A DNA stretch of 64,000 nt, from positions 28,240,932-28,304,931 of the forward strand of contig NC_057726.1 of NCBI RefSeq assembly GCF_004010195.1. The letters are read 5' to 3'. Below, piece by piece: positions 39,935 to 53,968 of the stretch. The notes under the pieces were generated by a model. It did no database searches, had not been told where the DNA came from, and saw only the letters and a program-made list of their open reading frames with translations. Origin of the DNA: Chiloscyllium plagiosum. Lineage: Eukaryota. The position numbers and the translations under genes are program-made. How positions within the stretch are numbered: position 1 is the first letter of the stretch; every line of letters starts with the position of its first letter.

Positions 39935-41375
39935 GTCACAAGTGAGGTGCCAGAAAACTGGAGATTGGCTAACATGGTGCCACTGTTTAAGAAGGGCAGT
40001 AAGGACAAGCCAGGGAACTATAGACTAGTGAGCCTGACGTCAGCAGTGGGCAAGTTTTTGGAGTGAATCCTGAGGGACAGGATGTACATGTATTTGGAAA
40101 GGCAAGGACTGATTAGGGATGGTCAACATGGCTTTGTGAATGGGAAATCATGACTCAAAGTTGACTGAGTTTTTTTGAAGAAGTAACAAAGAGGTTTGAT
40201 GAGGGCAGAGCAGTGCACGTGATCTTTATGGACTTCAGTAAGGCATTTATAAAGGTTCCCCATGGGAGACTGGTTAGCAAGGTTAAATCTCATGGAATAC
40301 AGGGAGAACTAACCATTTGGAGATAGAACTGGCTCAAAGGGTGGTGGTGGAGTGTTGCTTTTCAGACTGGAGCCCTGTGACCAGTGGAGTGCCACAAGGA
40401 TTGGTGCTGGGTCCATTACTTTTCATCATTTATATAAATGATTTGGATGTGAGTATAAGAGGTATAGGTAGTAAGTTTGCAGATGACACCACAATTGGAG
40501 GTGTAGTGGACAGTGAAGGTTACCTCAGATTACAACGGGATCTTGACCAAATTAGCCAATGGGCTGAGAAGTGGCAAATGGAGTTTAATTCAGATAAATG
40601 CAAAGTGCAGCATTTTAGGAAAGCAAATCTTACCATGATTTATTCACTTAATGTTAAGGTCCTAGGGAGTGTTGCTGAACAAAGAGACCTTGGAGTGCAG
40701 GTTCATAGCTCCTTGAAAGTGGAGTCACAGGTAGATAGGACAGTGAAGGCAGCACTTGGTATGCTTTCCTTTATTGGTCAGAGTATTGAGTACAGGAGTC
40801 GGGAGGTCATGTTACGGCTGTATAGGACATTGGTTAGGCCACTACTGGAATATTGTGTACAATTCTGGTCTCCTTCCTATCGGAAGGATGGTGTGGTGTG
40901 AAACTTGAAAGGGTTCAGAAAAGATTTTTACAAGAATGTTGCCAGGGTTGAGGATTTGAGCTGTCAGGTGAGGTTGAGTAGGCTGGGGCTGTTTTCCCTG
41001 GAGTGTCGGAGGTTAAGGGGGTGACCTTATAGAGGTTTATAAAATCATAAGGGGCATGGATAGGATAAATAGACAAAGTCTTTTCCCTGGGGTGGGGAGT
41101 CCAGAACTAGAGGGCATAGGTTTAGGGTGAGGGGGGAAAGATATAAAAGAGACCTAAGGGGCAATGTTTTCACGCAGAGGGTGGTACGTGTATTGAATGA
41201 GCTGCCAGAGGAGGTGGTGGAGGCTGGTACAATTGCAACATTTAAAATGCATCTGGATGGGTATATGAATAGGAAAGGTTTGGAGGGATATGGGCCAGGT
41301 GGGATTAGATTAGGTTGAGATATCTGGTCGAAGTTGGATAAAAGGGTCTGTTTCGATGTTGTATATCACTATGAC
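39935..41375 (+). mobile_element. CR1/HER1-type LINE, 5'-truncated RT region, in NOB1 intron 7
   Basis: SGVPQGLVLGPLLFIIYINDLD...SKFADDT...WQMEFN...LYRTLVRPLLEYCVQFWSP, followed by the CR1 3' end. Confidence 0.92.
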
Positions 41376-41661
41376 TTTCTGGACTATCTTCTCTTATCTA
41401 TATCTGCCCTTTTTTCAATATTATTCATCTGTAATATCTTCCAGTTAAGATAAAAGGTTCACATACATGACGTGAGCTCGGTTCTCCAAATGCTGGTCAA
41501 TCTGCTGACAGCTTCTGATTTCCAACTGCAGTTTGTGCATCTTTGGCAGTAGGACCCGCATTTATCCACTGAATTACCCTTGAGATACCCAAGTTTTGAT
41601 CATTGTGGTATAATTTCAGATTCTTGAAAAGCATTCCAATGTACATATGATCAATACTTAC

Positions 41662-41759
41662 TTGAAACACGCATGGCACCGCAAAATGTAGTTTCGTGCT
41701 TGTTTTATAAGCATTCCTTTTAAAGAAATCACATGGAGCCCCATCTGAATAAGGACATT
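41662..41759 (-). CDS. NOB1: NOB1 exon 7
   Basis: ttcttag|AAT. NVLIQMGLHVISLKGMLIKQARNYILRCHACF contains the first zinc-ribbon CxxC. Donor AA|GTAAGT, 98 nt. Confidence 0.95.
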
Positions 41760-42108
41760 CTAAGAAATAAACAAAGGACTTGTTTATTTAGCATAGCACG
41801 TTATAAGATAGGCAAAAGTGACGGCCAACATACCTTTAGATTAATATAGAGCACAAGTCAATTGTTTAAGTGTGCGGCTCCTTTAAGTTTTGTGTGCAAC
41901 TATCACAAATGGTAACTCAGAGGGGGTGGCTCTCATAGGGACTTTCCTGTTGCTGCAAAGTTTAGAAGGAATGTTGGCATTCCAATACTAAAATATATTT
42001 GTTCTAGTGATTTAGTAGACAGAAAACGCTGGCCAAGAAACCACAAAAAATAAAATGTGTAATAAAAATTTCAGTAATCACTATGTAAAATATGTGTACT
42101 TAGAATAC

Positions 42109-42726
42109 TGTGACGATGCTGTCACTTTTAAAAAGGGTTATTTTGTCCTAATATGTTTTTTTTGAAGAGAGGTTGTAAAGGCAGAGATGCCAAAGTGGCT
42201 AGGCACCAGTCTGAATTCATAGTTTTTTTTGTTAAAAAACACAGTTTAACAATGGAAGGGGAGCGGCCAGTTCTCCCAGTTCAGTTCCAGTTTTTTTTAG
42301 CTGTAGCAGTCACAAGACGTGAGAGTATCAGAACAGTTGCTAGCTTCCGTTAAAGATTCCTAAATGACCTTCTCTGAAATCTCTCTCATTGCTCCCTTCT
42401 GGATTGGACTCCTGTCTGTAAGAACCTGTGTTTGAATTTACCTTTTTGCCAAGGGGTGTGTTTATGGGATGTTATTATATTGGAGCAGTTAGTTAAGATG
42501 GTGTAGAGATCGGTTAAGTTTTCCAATAGTTGTTATTCTAAATTCCACTTTCTTTTGTTCATATTTCAACCATAATGTTTACATAAATTCGCTTTTGCTT
42601 AAAGCCAAGTGGTTTGACCAGTTGCATCACACTTTCAACACTTCATATCTACCTTTAAAATAAGAAAATGTTAGGGTCGAGGCTACCTTCTTAAAAATAC
42701 TGAGTGTTCTGGCCTGGTCCATAACA
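42109..42726. mobile_element. Solo LTR (probably Gypsy-type) in NOB1 intron 6
   Basis: TG...CA termini, 618 bp, flanked by a 4-bp target-site duplication ATAC (42105-42108 and 42727-42730). Confidence 0.75.
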
Positions 42727-43353
42727 ATACTAATGTAGTCACTGTATATCGGCACAAATTTCAATGTGGTAATCTTTCTTCATCATTGTCACCTTTAATA
42801 TCTCTACCCAAATCTTGAATTAATTTTATTTTTTTCCTTCAAATCAGCCATGATCTATTGAACGATGGAGCTGGTCACAGCCCACTACTGTTCCTAATTC
42901 ATATGGTCACATTTGACTCTAGTGGGCTTTACTGCCACCTCTACTATTATTTGATGTTGGTACATTCATCAGTTCAGTCATATAACATGGAAACAGACCC
43001 TTCAGTCTAACCTGATCAGACATCCTAAGCTGACCTAGACCCATTTGCTGTATTTGGCCCATAATCTTCTAAATCCTTCCTATTCATATACTCATCCAGA
43101 TGCCTTTTAAATGTTCTAATTGCACTAGCCTCCAACATTTTCTTTGGCAACTCATTCCATACACACAATCTCTATCCATGCCCCTCATGATTTTATAAGT
43201 CTCTCTGAGGACATCCCTCAGACTCAATGACAAGCTTAAAATTGTTTTACAATTTTGCAACGATAACAGAGTAACATGGAGGCTTTTTGGCACGAGCATA
43301 ACAATCAGGTTTTCTACTAAATAGAAACCTAAAGCAGGAAAAAAATCTATTAC

Positions 43354-43560
43354 CTGCATGGAAAAATCTGTAGTCATACAACCAACTTTGACATTTGCCG
43401 TCATCTCAGAGCAGCCCATATCTTGGCGGATTTGCTGAATATTACTGGGTGTTATCCACCCATCGTCATCATCTTTTTCATCATCTCCTTTACTTTCATA
43501 CGGTTCTTCTTGGCGTTGCTCAAGTGAAGTCCCACTTGAAGTACAGAAATTCTCTTTGTT
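43354..43560 (-). CDS. NOB1: NOB1 exon 6
   Basis: aatag|AAC. NKENF...DDEKDDDDGWITPSNIQQIRQDMG...VKVGCMTTDFSMQ. Donor CAG|GTAATA, 207 nt. Confidence 0.93.
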
Positions 43561-43795
43561 CTATTAAGCAATACAGATTAGCACACCAGTTACTGGTAAG
43601 CAAATTACATTCAAAATATCTAGATTTGTTTCTCACTTACTAAGGAGAGTCTAAATTGTATGCTACCATTAATTTATTTAAATAACACAATAAAACCAAA
43701 AGCTAAATACTGTTAAATTAAATGCTGAAAATGCTAAAATCGCTCAGTAGGTCAATGCTTCATATCAATGACTTGACATCAAACTACCAGCTTAC

Positions 43796-43981
43796 CAAAA
43801 AGTCTTGTAGATCTTCTTCGATGCTTGGTAGTGGATTTCTCCAATAATGAAAGGTACTGAATTCTGATGCATCAGCCACAGGCACTTCACTAGAATGTTT
43901 TGTTCTACTTGGAGGGCAAGCTTCCTCTGATCCTAAAGAAAGTGAACAATCTTCCTTTGGGCAATCTTGTTCTGAATGCTG
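43796..43981 (-). CDS. NOB1: NOB1 exon 5
   Basis: ttttatgcag|CAG (NAGNAG acceptor). QHSEQDCPKE...SEFSTFHYWRNPLPSIEEDLQDFL. Donor TTG|GTAAGC, 186 nt. Confidence 0.88.
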
Positions 43982-45211
43982 CTGCATAAAAATAATTTTC
44001 ATTGTATTCATGTAAACATGTAAGTAACAAAACTGCTGAAAACAAAAAAATTCTAAATCACTATTTTCAACACTGGGAAGAAGAAGTGATATAGGTTTGA
44101 CTGAATCAGCAAGTCAATGTAATTGCAACTGACTCAGATTCAAACAATTTCAGATTGAAACTAGAATGGATATGTTGACACTAGTAATACTACATTTTAG
44201 GTTGAAGTCTGTTTGCAGCAGCTAGCTGTTTTGATAAATTGACCAATCTTAAAATTCTATTTCTGCAATTTCTCCCTGCTCTTCAATGTCCTTTCCCCAT
44301 TCTGAATGAGGTAACTAATTTGAATTTAGCAGTCTATGGACAGTTTTGTTCCACAAATCCAGAGAGATTATTTGAATGTGGAGGCCATAGCAGTGAAATA
44401 GGTTTCTGTCTTCACTCATCTTTAAACATAGAAGGTCTTTGTATTCTGGTGCCAAACACATTAGCCCTGTTTGAAGAAGCTAACTCAGCATTTTCAGGCA
44501 ATCAAACCAAAGCCAGCTGGCCTGTGTGGTGGCTCTGTGTGTTACAATGGCAAGGGAGGTAGTTGTGAACTGCTTTATCACAAGAAATCCATAGATTAAT
44601 CTGAAATAACAATCTATTCTAAACAACAATTATTTTGACTCAGTATTACGTTTCTCTCAACTGCCAACTTTTTGTTGTCTTCCTCTTCATTTCTCTTTGC
44701 CTCAGTTTCCATTTCCAGCTTCCAATTTTAATTAATGAGTCTTTTTTTGCAACCAGTAGGGTCTCTGCCTCAGAGTCAGAAGTTCCAGGTTCAAGTCCCA
44801 CCCTAAGACTTGATGGTTAAGAAAAAGTGCATTTATAATGTGGACAAATGGACCGAGTAACAACTTGCAAAACCTTCTTACAAGAGATTCTCGGTCAGCT
44901 ACGTGACAGAAAGAACACTGGACCCTGAACTGTTGCAATTCATAGATCCATACAATGTAATTTTTATCTCGTGGTGCAGTGCTAGCTTGCCTAGCTCTGA
45001 GCCACCAAGCCTGGGTGCAAATCCCACCTGTTCCAAATGTGTATCATAACATGTCTGAACAGACTGTTTAGAAATATGTATTAAATGCAAACAAAGAACT
45101 GCAGATTTGTAATTATCAGAAACAAAAACAGAAATACCTAGAAATTCTCAGTTCTAAAGAAGGGTCTTGGATCTGGAACATTAACTGATTTCTCTCCAAA
45201 GATGCTGCCAG

Positions 45212-45990
45212 TCATACAGTCACAGAGATTTGCAGCACAGAAACAGACCCTTTAGTCCAAATCATCCGTGTCGATCAGATATCCTAACCTAAGCTAGACA
45301 TATTTGTCAGCACTTGGCCCAGATCTCTCGAAACCCTTCCTATTCATATGCCCATCCAGATGCCTTTTAAATGTTGTAATTGTACCAGCCTCCACCATTT
45401 CCTCTGGCAGCTCATTCCATACACACACCACCCGCTGCATAAAAAAGCTGTCCCTTAGGTCTCTTTTAGATCTTTCCCATCTCACCCTAAACCTATGCCC
45501 TCTAGTTCTGGACTCCCCCACCCATGGGAAAAGACCTTGTTTATTTAGCCTATCCATGTCCCTCATGATTTTATAAATCTCTATAAGGTCACCCCTCAGC
45601 CTCCAACACTCAAGGAAAAACATCCCTAACCTATTTAACCTCTCCCTACAGCTGAAATCCTCCAACTCCAGCAACATCCTTGTAAGTCTTCTTGAATCCT
45701 TTCAAGTTTCACAACATCCTTCCGATAAGAGAGGGAGACCAGAGTTGTACACAATATTCCAAAAGTGGCCTAACTAATGTTAGTTAGTTAGAGGCGCAAC
45801 ACGACTTCCCAACTCCTATATGCAAAAAAGGCAACTATACTAAACACCTTCTTCACTATCCAAACTAGCTGCGACTCCACTTTCAAGGAACTATGAACCT
45901 GTACTCCAAGATCTCTTTGTTCAGCAACACTTCCCAGGACCTTACCATTAAGTGTATAAGTCCTGCTCTGATGTGCCTTTCCAAAAGAAA
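45212..45990 (-). mobile_element. CR1/HER1 LINE 3' fragment, in NOB1 intron 4
   Basis: ORFs 45294-45677 and 45788-45994 match the CR1 ORF2 C-terminus. Confidence 0.9.
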
Positions 45991-46721
45991 GCATCTCACA
46001 TCACGCTGAGATTTCCAGCAATTTCTGCTTTTGTTTCATTTAAAAGTGTGTGCTGCCACAGCAACAACTCGGGTGAACAATTATACCACAGTGAGCAATA
46101 TTTAGTTAATAGCTTAGTTACACACATTCAATACTAATGAGCATACATCTCACTCAAAAACTGTAGAAACATGTATATGTGAAGAGGAGTGTGTTGATTG
46201 TTGGCAAACAAATTCCAATTGGTAGAATTTTTTAGTTCTTTTGAACAGAAAGACTTACATATACTGCACTTGTTTAAACTCAACAAACAGGGCTCAACCA
46301 TTCTCCGGTCTTTTTCTCATTTCTCTCATCTAATTAACATCTTGACCTATTTAATGTTTAAAAATGACTTGGTGTTTAACTGTCAATCAAATTCAGACTG
46401 ATGCACTTTCTTTGAAAACATCCCTTTAACGACTAGTCAATCAAATGAGCAAAGTCCATTTGCCAAACAATCAGCACTCCCTGCTCAGATAGTATGAATA
46501 CTGCTTCCTTGTTACACTGGTATTCTTGTGTATTGCCCTGATGGTTGTCAGATAAAAAAAACTTTGACAAAATCTGGTTTTTCTAGCAATACTCCGGTTC
46601 TTTCTTCACTGCTCTCTGGGAATTAGGAATACAGTATATACAAAACTGTCAACGGTAACTCCTAGAAATACAGTTCATAAATTCTTTACATGATTATAAA
46701 CTGTGCATTTTTTTTTTTTAC

Positions 46722-46793
46722 CTTAGATGGCAGATGAAAGCCTGCTATGTCGATCAGTGACTCTGGGTGTCTTAAAGTGGTACTCACTTCAAC
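46722..46793 (-). CDS. NOB1: NOB1 exon 4
   Basis: tggttag|GTT. VEVSTTLRHPESLIDIAGFHLPSK. Donor AAG|GTAAAA, 72 nt. Confidence 0.9.
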
Positions 46794-48652
46794 CTAACCA
46801 AATAAAGCAAGAACAAATTGGATTTTCAAGAATTACCAATTTTGTTTGTTCCACTGGCAAGTACATCTATTTGATGTTTCTGTTGCACAAAATATTGGAA
46901 GAGAGACATATTTTTAACCACTGTTATATCAACACAGTAATTCTCTTCAGATTTTTGAAAAGCAACATGTACCAAATGCACACAGGCATTGGTCAATGTG
47001 TACAAGAAACTTAAATCCATGTTTCTGTTTCACACCTTTGATTTTGGCCTTAATTTTAATTTTTTCAAGTTCATTAACGGTATGTGGGCATCATTGGCTA
47101 GGCCAGCTTTTAATGGCCTCCCCTAATTTCCCAGGTGGCAGTTAAGAATCAAGCACATTACTATGGGTTTTGGGTTACATGTAGGCTAGACCAGGTAAGG
47201 ATGCCAGATTTCCTTTGCTAAAGGCTTTAGTGAACCAGATAGGTTTTCCAACAATTAACAATGGCCATCATTTGTCTTTCAGAGTTTATTGAATTCAAAT
47301 TCCATCATTATCCATGGCAGGATTCGAACACGACAACCCAGACCATTACCTAGGTCTCTAGATTAACAGTCCAGCAATAATACCACTAGACCATTGCCTC
47401 CCAGCAACAGCTGGAGGAGAAACTTTTTAAAAATTGATTCTGCAAGCCTGTATGTTAGATTTCCACTTAAAATACTCAGCAAGGTTTATTGACTGAAGGA
47501 TTAAAGGCCCAACTGGACTTTTCCTGCTCATCATATTCATATTGGATATCATTTTTAGAATCTCAAAATCATTTGCTATATTCAAATATAGGCAACATAG
47601 CTTAGCATTCTGCTAAATCTATTTGTGTACCCAGTATATGCTCCTCAAAACAAGTATCAGCTGTACAAAATGAAACAGTTCTATCCTGTGCAATCTCAGC
47701 TGATGGTAATAAATCAAGTCCCAAAGTGAAACCTGGCCAGATAGATCATAAGTTAATTTTTTGTGGTCAGCTACTCTGGTGGCTAGTTAAGTGTATTCAC
47801 ACAAGGTTACATGAATGCGAAGAACACAAGATTATCACACACAGAAAAACAAAAGACAAAGCTATATATGACAGTTGAGAAAGATCTTAATAAAAAACAA
47901 CATATTTAAGATCTTTCTTAAGTTAAACAAAATATTTTTGAGAAACAGGTTGAAATTTATGCTTACAGATACTTAAATCCTCGAGAAATATCACGCTTAT
48001 CCAAACTCAAAATTCTCACTTAACAGGCTCTGTCTGATTCTCCTTCTTGGACTTTTGGGGTAACCTTACAATTTATTTCCAGTTCTGTCAGCCTGTTCTG
48101 ACAATTGGAAGACTTCTATGCAAATACTCACAGTTTCAAGGCACCCTGAACTATAAAACACTTTTGCTCGGATGACTGTTCTGCTAGGAAACTTAAACAG
48201 AACCTCTGATTCTTCTATTCTCAAGTCAAAAACTATAATTAGTGGCTCTGGGTCTGTTTTCTCCGCATGCAATAAATTTAGCAATGAAAACATTCCATAA
48301 CTTAATAGTATAGGTATTCTGCTAGGCACTTGCCTGAATACATGCTTACTTGGAATTGACATATTTAAGTTATGTTCCAAATGACTGACTTTTCTTTCAA
48401 AAAAGGAAAAGGCTCCGTTGAACTGAAGGCAAAAGCCATTTGCCTCTACCTTACAAATCCAAATTTCAAATATAACAACAGTATTTTATACATCTTTATC
48501 ACAGCAGTCATTTAAATGTACTACAATAAACTGCTCTATATTTTCCATAATATGGCTAAGTCTCTGCAGTCACTTTGTCTCAAATTGTTACTGGTCAGAT
48601 AGTAATACAGACAGCCCATCAGCAAGTAATCTTCACATGACAAACTACTTAC

Positions 48653-48786
48653 TTTTTGTGCAGGTTCTTTCTTCAAGTGGCCAATTCCCACAAATTCAGC
48701 TTCGAGCTGATATGTTAATGCCAGAACCTTAATGTCAGTTGCTGAGAGGCTGGGGTAATCTCCAGTTTTTTTGGAAAACTCAGTCA
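48653..48786 (-). CDS. NOB1: NOB1 exon 3
   Basis: cttcacag|TG. VTEFSKKTGDYPSLSATDIKVLALTYQLEAEFVGIGHLKKEPAQK. Donor AAA|GTAAGT, 134 nt. Confidence 0.95.
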
Positions 48787-50768
48787 CTGTGAAGACATTT
48801 TTTTAAACAAAAATTAAAATAATGTTTGAATCTTATGACCAAACTTGTGTTTGTACAATACATTTAACAAACTTAGGACTGCCCCTGATATAGTTGTATG
48901 TCAGCAAGTTCACCATTTGATCTCTATATAGCAAGGTTCCACAAACAGCAATGAGACTCTTTTGCTGACTTTGGTGCTCACAACCCTGGGAGAATTTCAT
49001 GTCTTTCACCAAATAGAAATTTGGGATTTTTAAGTTTTATTGAAGTAGTGATTCTCAAAGTGTATCTGTGAGCATCCTCCAGATGATCTCTAAAATGCGT
49101 CTAAAACATAATTCACTGAAATGCAATCCCAGGGCTGAACCCATATGAGATTGGGTCAAAATCCTGATTCCCATGTAACCAGATAGTTTCTCACATGTGC
49201 AATATGGCATTGTTAGTGTAAGATATGAGAATGGAGTTTTAAAAGCAATATTTACACTACTGTTACAATATGTAACTGAGAGATTGATTTTCTAACAGGT
49301 GGGGCTGAACATAAATAAAATGAACTAGCTGAATGTGGAGCCCAGAATAAGGCTGACGCTTTCCAGCTTGAATCCAGATATTAGCTCATTGGTATCTCAA
49401 AGGCAGTAGCATTCTGCCTGCTAATTCTGATGGAATTTTTTGTGTTGTCTATTAATGGCAAGTGGGCCTGTCCAGTGAATAGTCTGTGGGATCTTTTGCC
49501 TTCCTAAGTAATTCTCCACCAACCGGACACTGGCCTGTAGGGTTATGTGAAGCCACCTTCCAAGTAAGAGATTTGTCAGATTCTAGGTTGGATTACCCGA
49601 TGGGGAGAGACTGAGGAGGCTGGTCATATATCCTCAAGAGTTCAGGATAGGTAAAGGTGAACTCATTGAAATATACAAGATTCTTAGATGGCCCAAATGG
49701 GTCTGGGTGAATGCAAGAAGGATGCTTCCTGTGGCTGCGCACAGGGAGGAGGGGGTTCTCAGAATAAGGGATAAGTTATTTGGGACAAAGGTCAGGAAAA
49801 AATGCCTTCAATCAGAAGGTTCCCTTTGAAATTATCTGCCCCAAGAAGTTATAGAGGATCAGACATTGAGTACCAGTACGCCTAAAGATAGAAATTGATA
49901 AATTTCCTTATATTAAAAGATAACTGAGAATATGGAGATAGTGCAGGAAAATGGTGAGGCAAAATCAGAGTCTCAGTGAATGGGATAGCAGATTGAAAGG
50001 CCAAATGACCTACTTCTGCTCCTATTTAACTAAGTGCTTATTGGTTGGTTTTTGTATTGTTTTTAAGATTGATCAATTTCCATCTCGGGGAAGATGCTTC
50101 AAGTCCTAGCACTATCTGAACCAACAAACCTCTGCCACCAGATGCAGCCCTTCAATGCAAGTTCTGTTTCAATGACAAAGGGAGCTGCCTCAGATCAATA
50201 GTTAAGTGAGGCCTGTATCAGATGTTTGGTCTGCAAGACTGTCTTTAGTTTGGATTTGGAATACTGGTTGGTAACAGAACGAAGTCCAAATATTGATTCA
50301 GTGAGAAAAGGTGAGAATCTTTTAGTGAGAAGTGGTGAGTCTTTCATTGGGTTTTATCAGGACTAACAATGTCTCTATGATAGTGTGGGGTTAGTATCTA
50401 GTGATACATGGTGAAGACACGTAGCCAGACAAATTTTAAAAGGAACAATTTTATTTTCGGAATGGTCACTGAAGGGTGACTGGACCCAAAATGTTAATTC
50501 AGCTCTCTCTCCACAAATGCTGTCAGACCTGCTGAGTAATTCCATCAATTTCTTTCAGTGTTAATGAAGAACTACCTGCACTACATAATTCAAGAGTTTT
50601 CTTTCCTTCACTATAGAAATTAATTTTGCTAAAATCAAACAAAATAAGCAAAAACTTTAGCATGCATTTATAAAAGAAATGAAGGTTTTATCATTTATTT
50701 TACACAATAAAGCCCCCCGCCCCCTCCATATTTGGTGGGTGGTGGTGAGGGATGCTCAAACAACTCAC

Positions 50769-50901
50769 CATGTCGAATATATTCGGGGAATGGTTCCTTA
50801 AAATGCAGCTGATACGGCAAAACTGCCAGTCTTCGCTTAGTTTCTTTATCTCGTATTTCATTCACAACTTCCTTTAATGTGTAGATGTTTTTTCCAAATT
50901 C
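50769..50901 (-). CDS. NOB1: NOB1 exon 2
   Basis: tttag|GAA. EFGKNIYTLKEVVNEIRDKETKRRLAVLPYQLHFKEPFPEYIRH+G. Donor G|GTGAGT, 133 nt. Confidence 0.94.
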
Positions 50902-51068
50902 CTAAAGTCAATAAGATTAACATGTATAATGCAAAAAACTAGCAACTTGGTTAATTTTGTTTTCAAAATCAAACATTGTTCATTCAGCTCATGCTCAAAG
51001 GAAACAATTAAATGTCTTAAATCATTTTGCTTAACACTTCCTTCAAAATCTGAGAGCTTAGAATTCAG

Positions 51069-51528
51069 TGAGTTTTGAGAAGATTTGTAGCTCAGGTTGA
51101 GGTTCTGGATGTAGGTTTGCTCACTGAACTGGGAGGTTCATTTCCAGACGCTTTGTCACCCTACTAGGTAACATCTTCAGTGGGTCTCAGGCGAAGCAGC
51201 ATACATGATTCCTGCTTTCTATTTATATGTGTGGGCTTCTTTGGGTTGATGATGTTATTTCCTGTGGTGATATCATTTCCTGTTCTTTTTGTCAGGGTGA
51301 TGGTAGATGAGGTCTACCTCAATGTGTTTGTTGATAGAGTTCCAACCGGAACAGGAAATGACATAATCACAGGAAATGGCATCACCAACCCAAAGACACC
51401 TAAACATATAAATAGAAAGCAGGAATCATGTGCACTGCTTCGCCTGAGGCCCATTGAAGATGTTACCTAGTAGGGTGACGAAATGTCTGGAAATGAACCT
51501 CCCAGCTCAACGAGCAAACCTACATCCA
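51069..51528. repeat. Penelope-like (second family) inverted-repeat element in NOB1 intron 1
   Basis: About 180-bp inverted arms (about 51105-51286 vs 51349-51529), flanked by the near-direct repeat AGCTTAGAA(T/C)TCA. A related copy lies at about 37170-37327. Confidence 0.75.
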
Positions 51529-52969
51529 GCTTAGAACTCATTTCAAAATACCCTTTGTTGCAGATGAGTGGAGGGCAACATCAAGACAACTGATGACAGA
51601 TTGACATGAGGGATCTCTGCGAAGAGAAGGGTGCTCTCAATGTCCATCTCAACTCTTCTCCCTCAACTATTATCAAACACAAATGCATCTCTTTTGCTAT
51701 TTGTGCTACCTTGCTCTAAACAAATTAAATTCCACATTTGCTTAGGTGAACTTTTTCAAAGTTGCACATAGGACATGGCTAAATGCTTTACAATTGAAAC
51801 ATTTACAATTTTTTGCCAAAACATTTCTCCTTGACATTTTTTTTTAAGAAGATACTTGCTTTTTGTACCCCACCATCCCATTCTTGCATCCGTTTGTTTT
51901 TACTAAATTTCATGATTTATCACTATTTTGACATTTAGTTTAGAAAAACAGAATATTAGTTTTACTTGATTTCCAAGCAACAAGAAAGTTAAGGTAATAC
52001 TCAGCAGGTCACAGAGCATCTATGGAGTGAGACAAAGAACTAATATTTCACACTGATGATCTTCCACGTTCTGATGAAAAAGACATCAACTTGAAACATT
52101 TAGCTCCACTCTTTTCCATATAGATCCTGCCAGACTTGCTGAGTATTTACAATATTTTGCGTTAGGATGTCTTTTTCCATTTTATCCTTTCTTATTGGTA
52201 GAGAATGAATAAATCACTGGTGTAGTCTGAACACAAACAAATGAACAAACACTACTAGCATTCATGCATTTACTCTCAACTTAAGTCCCATGTCATGTTA
52301 GACAACTTCCAACAAATTACAATATTTCAAATACATTTGGAAATTATGCAGAATTAATGGATTAGTATTTTTTCACTCAAAATTGAGTTATGACTTCATA
52401 TCCTTCAAAAATCATGGTTTTGTTTTATTCATTCATGGGACGTGGGTGTCATTGGCTAGGCCAGTTTTTAATGCTTATCACCTGGTTACAATAGTGGTGA
52501 GCTGCTTTCTTGAACCATTGTAATTTTTAGGGCATCCAACACAGTGCCATTAGGAAAGAAATTCCAGGATTTTGACCTAATAGTGAAGGATTAAGAGTAC
52601 AGCTCCAAGTCAGGTAAGGTGCTCAGACGGTGGTGTTCCCCTGCATCTGCTACCTTTCTAGGTGGGAGAGATTGCAAATTTGGTAGGTGCTGTCAAAGGA
52701 GCCTTAGTGATAATTCCATATTGACATTCTACTCAGTAAACATCTGACTGTTCAGTAGTCTGATGACTAATTACATTGTATAATACCTAAACACTGAGTC
52801 TAGGATGAACTGATTTGCCAATTTTGAGTGCATGTCTGAAAACGCTATAAATTCCATCAGCATTTATAAGCAAATGGGAAAAGAAATGGTTTCATCTTAC
52901 AGTCTGAGTGACAACATTATGCTCGTCATGTATCGCAGCTTACAGCAGACAATGCAAGCTTCCAAATGT

Positions 52970-53968
52970 AGATTCATTGAATTGTACAGCACAGAAATAG
53001 ACCCTTTGGTCCAACTTGTTCATGCCAACCAGATATTCTAAATTAATCTACTCTCATTTGCCAGCATTTGGCTCATATCCCTCTCAACCCTTCCTATTCA
53101 TGTACCCATCCAGATGCCTTTTAAATGTTTTAATTTTACCAGTTTCCACCACTTCCTCTGGCAGCTCATTCCATACATATACCACACTATCAAAAAGTTG
53201 AACCTTGGGTTCCTTTTGTATCTTTCCTCTCTCATCTTAAATCTATGCCATCTAGTTTTGGACTCCCCTACCCTTTGGAAAAAGGCCTTGGCTACTCACT
53301 CTATCCATGCCCTTCATGATTTTATAAACCTTTAATGTGACCCCTCAGCTTCCTACGCTCCAAGGAAAATAGCCCCAGACTATTCAGCCTCTCCCTATAG
53401 CTCAAATCCTCTAACATCCTAGTCAAACTTTTCTGCACCCTTTCAGGTTTAATATCTTTCCTATAGGAGGGAGACCAGAATTGAATGCAATATTCCAGTA
53501 GTGGCCTAACCAATGACCTGTAGAGCTGCAAAATGACATCCTGTCTCCTATAGTCAATGCACTGACCAATAAGCTAAATGCCTTCTTCACTACCCTGAAA
53601 AATGTGTTGCTGGAAAAGCGCAGCTGGTCAGGCAGCATCCAAGGAGCAGGAGAATCGACGTTTCAGGCATAAGCCCTTCTTCAGGCTTATGCCCGAAACA
53701 TCGATTCTCCTGCTCCTTGGATGCTGCCTGACCTGCTGCGCTTTTCCAGCAACACATTTTTCAGCTCTGATCTCTAGCATCTGCAGTCCTCACTTTCACC
53801 TTCTTCACTACCCTGTCTACATTTGACTTTACCTTCAAGGAACTATGAGCCTGCACCCCAAGGTCTCTTTGTCTGGCAATACCTCCTAGGACCATACCAT
53901 TAGTATATAATTCCTTCCCGATTTGCCTTCCAAAGTACAACACCTCACATATATCCAAATGAAACTGC
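52970..53968 (-). mobile_element. CR1/HER1 LINE 3' fragment, in NOB1 intron 1
   Basis: LYRSLVRPLLEYCIQFWSP and RDLGVQAHSSLKV, split by a Penelope palindrome. Confidence 0.88.
53598..53798. repeat. Palindromic Penelope-derived element nested in a CR1 LINE
   Basis: Inverted arms with direct repeat CCTTCTTCACTACCCTG at 53581-53597 and 53799-53815. Confidence 0.8.
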
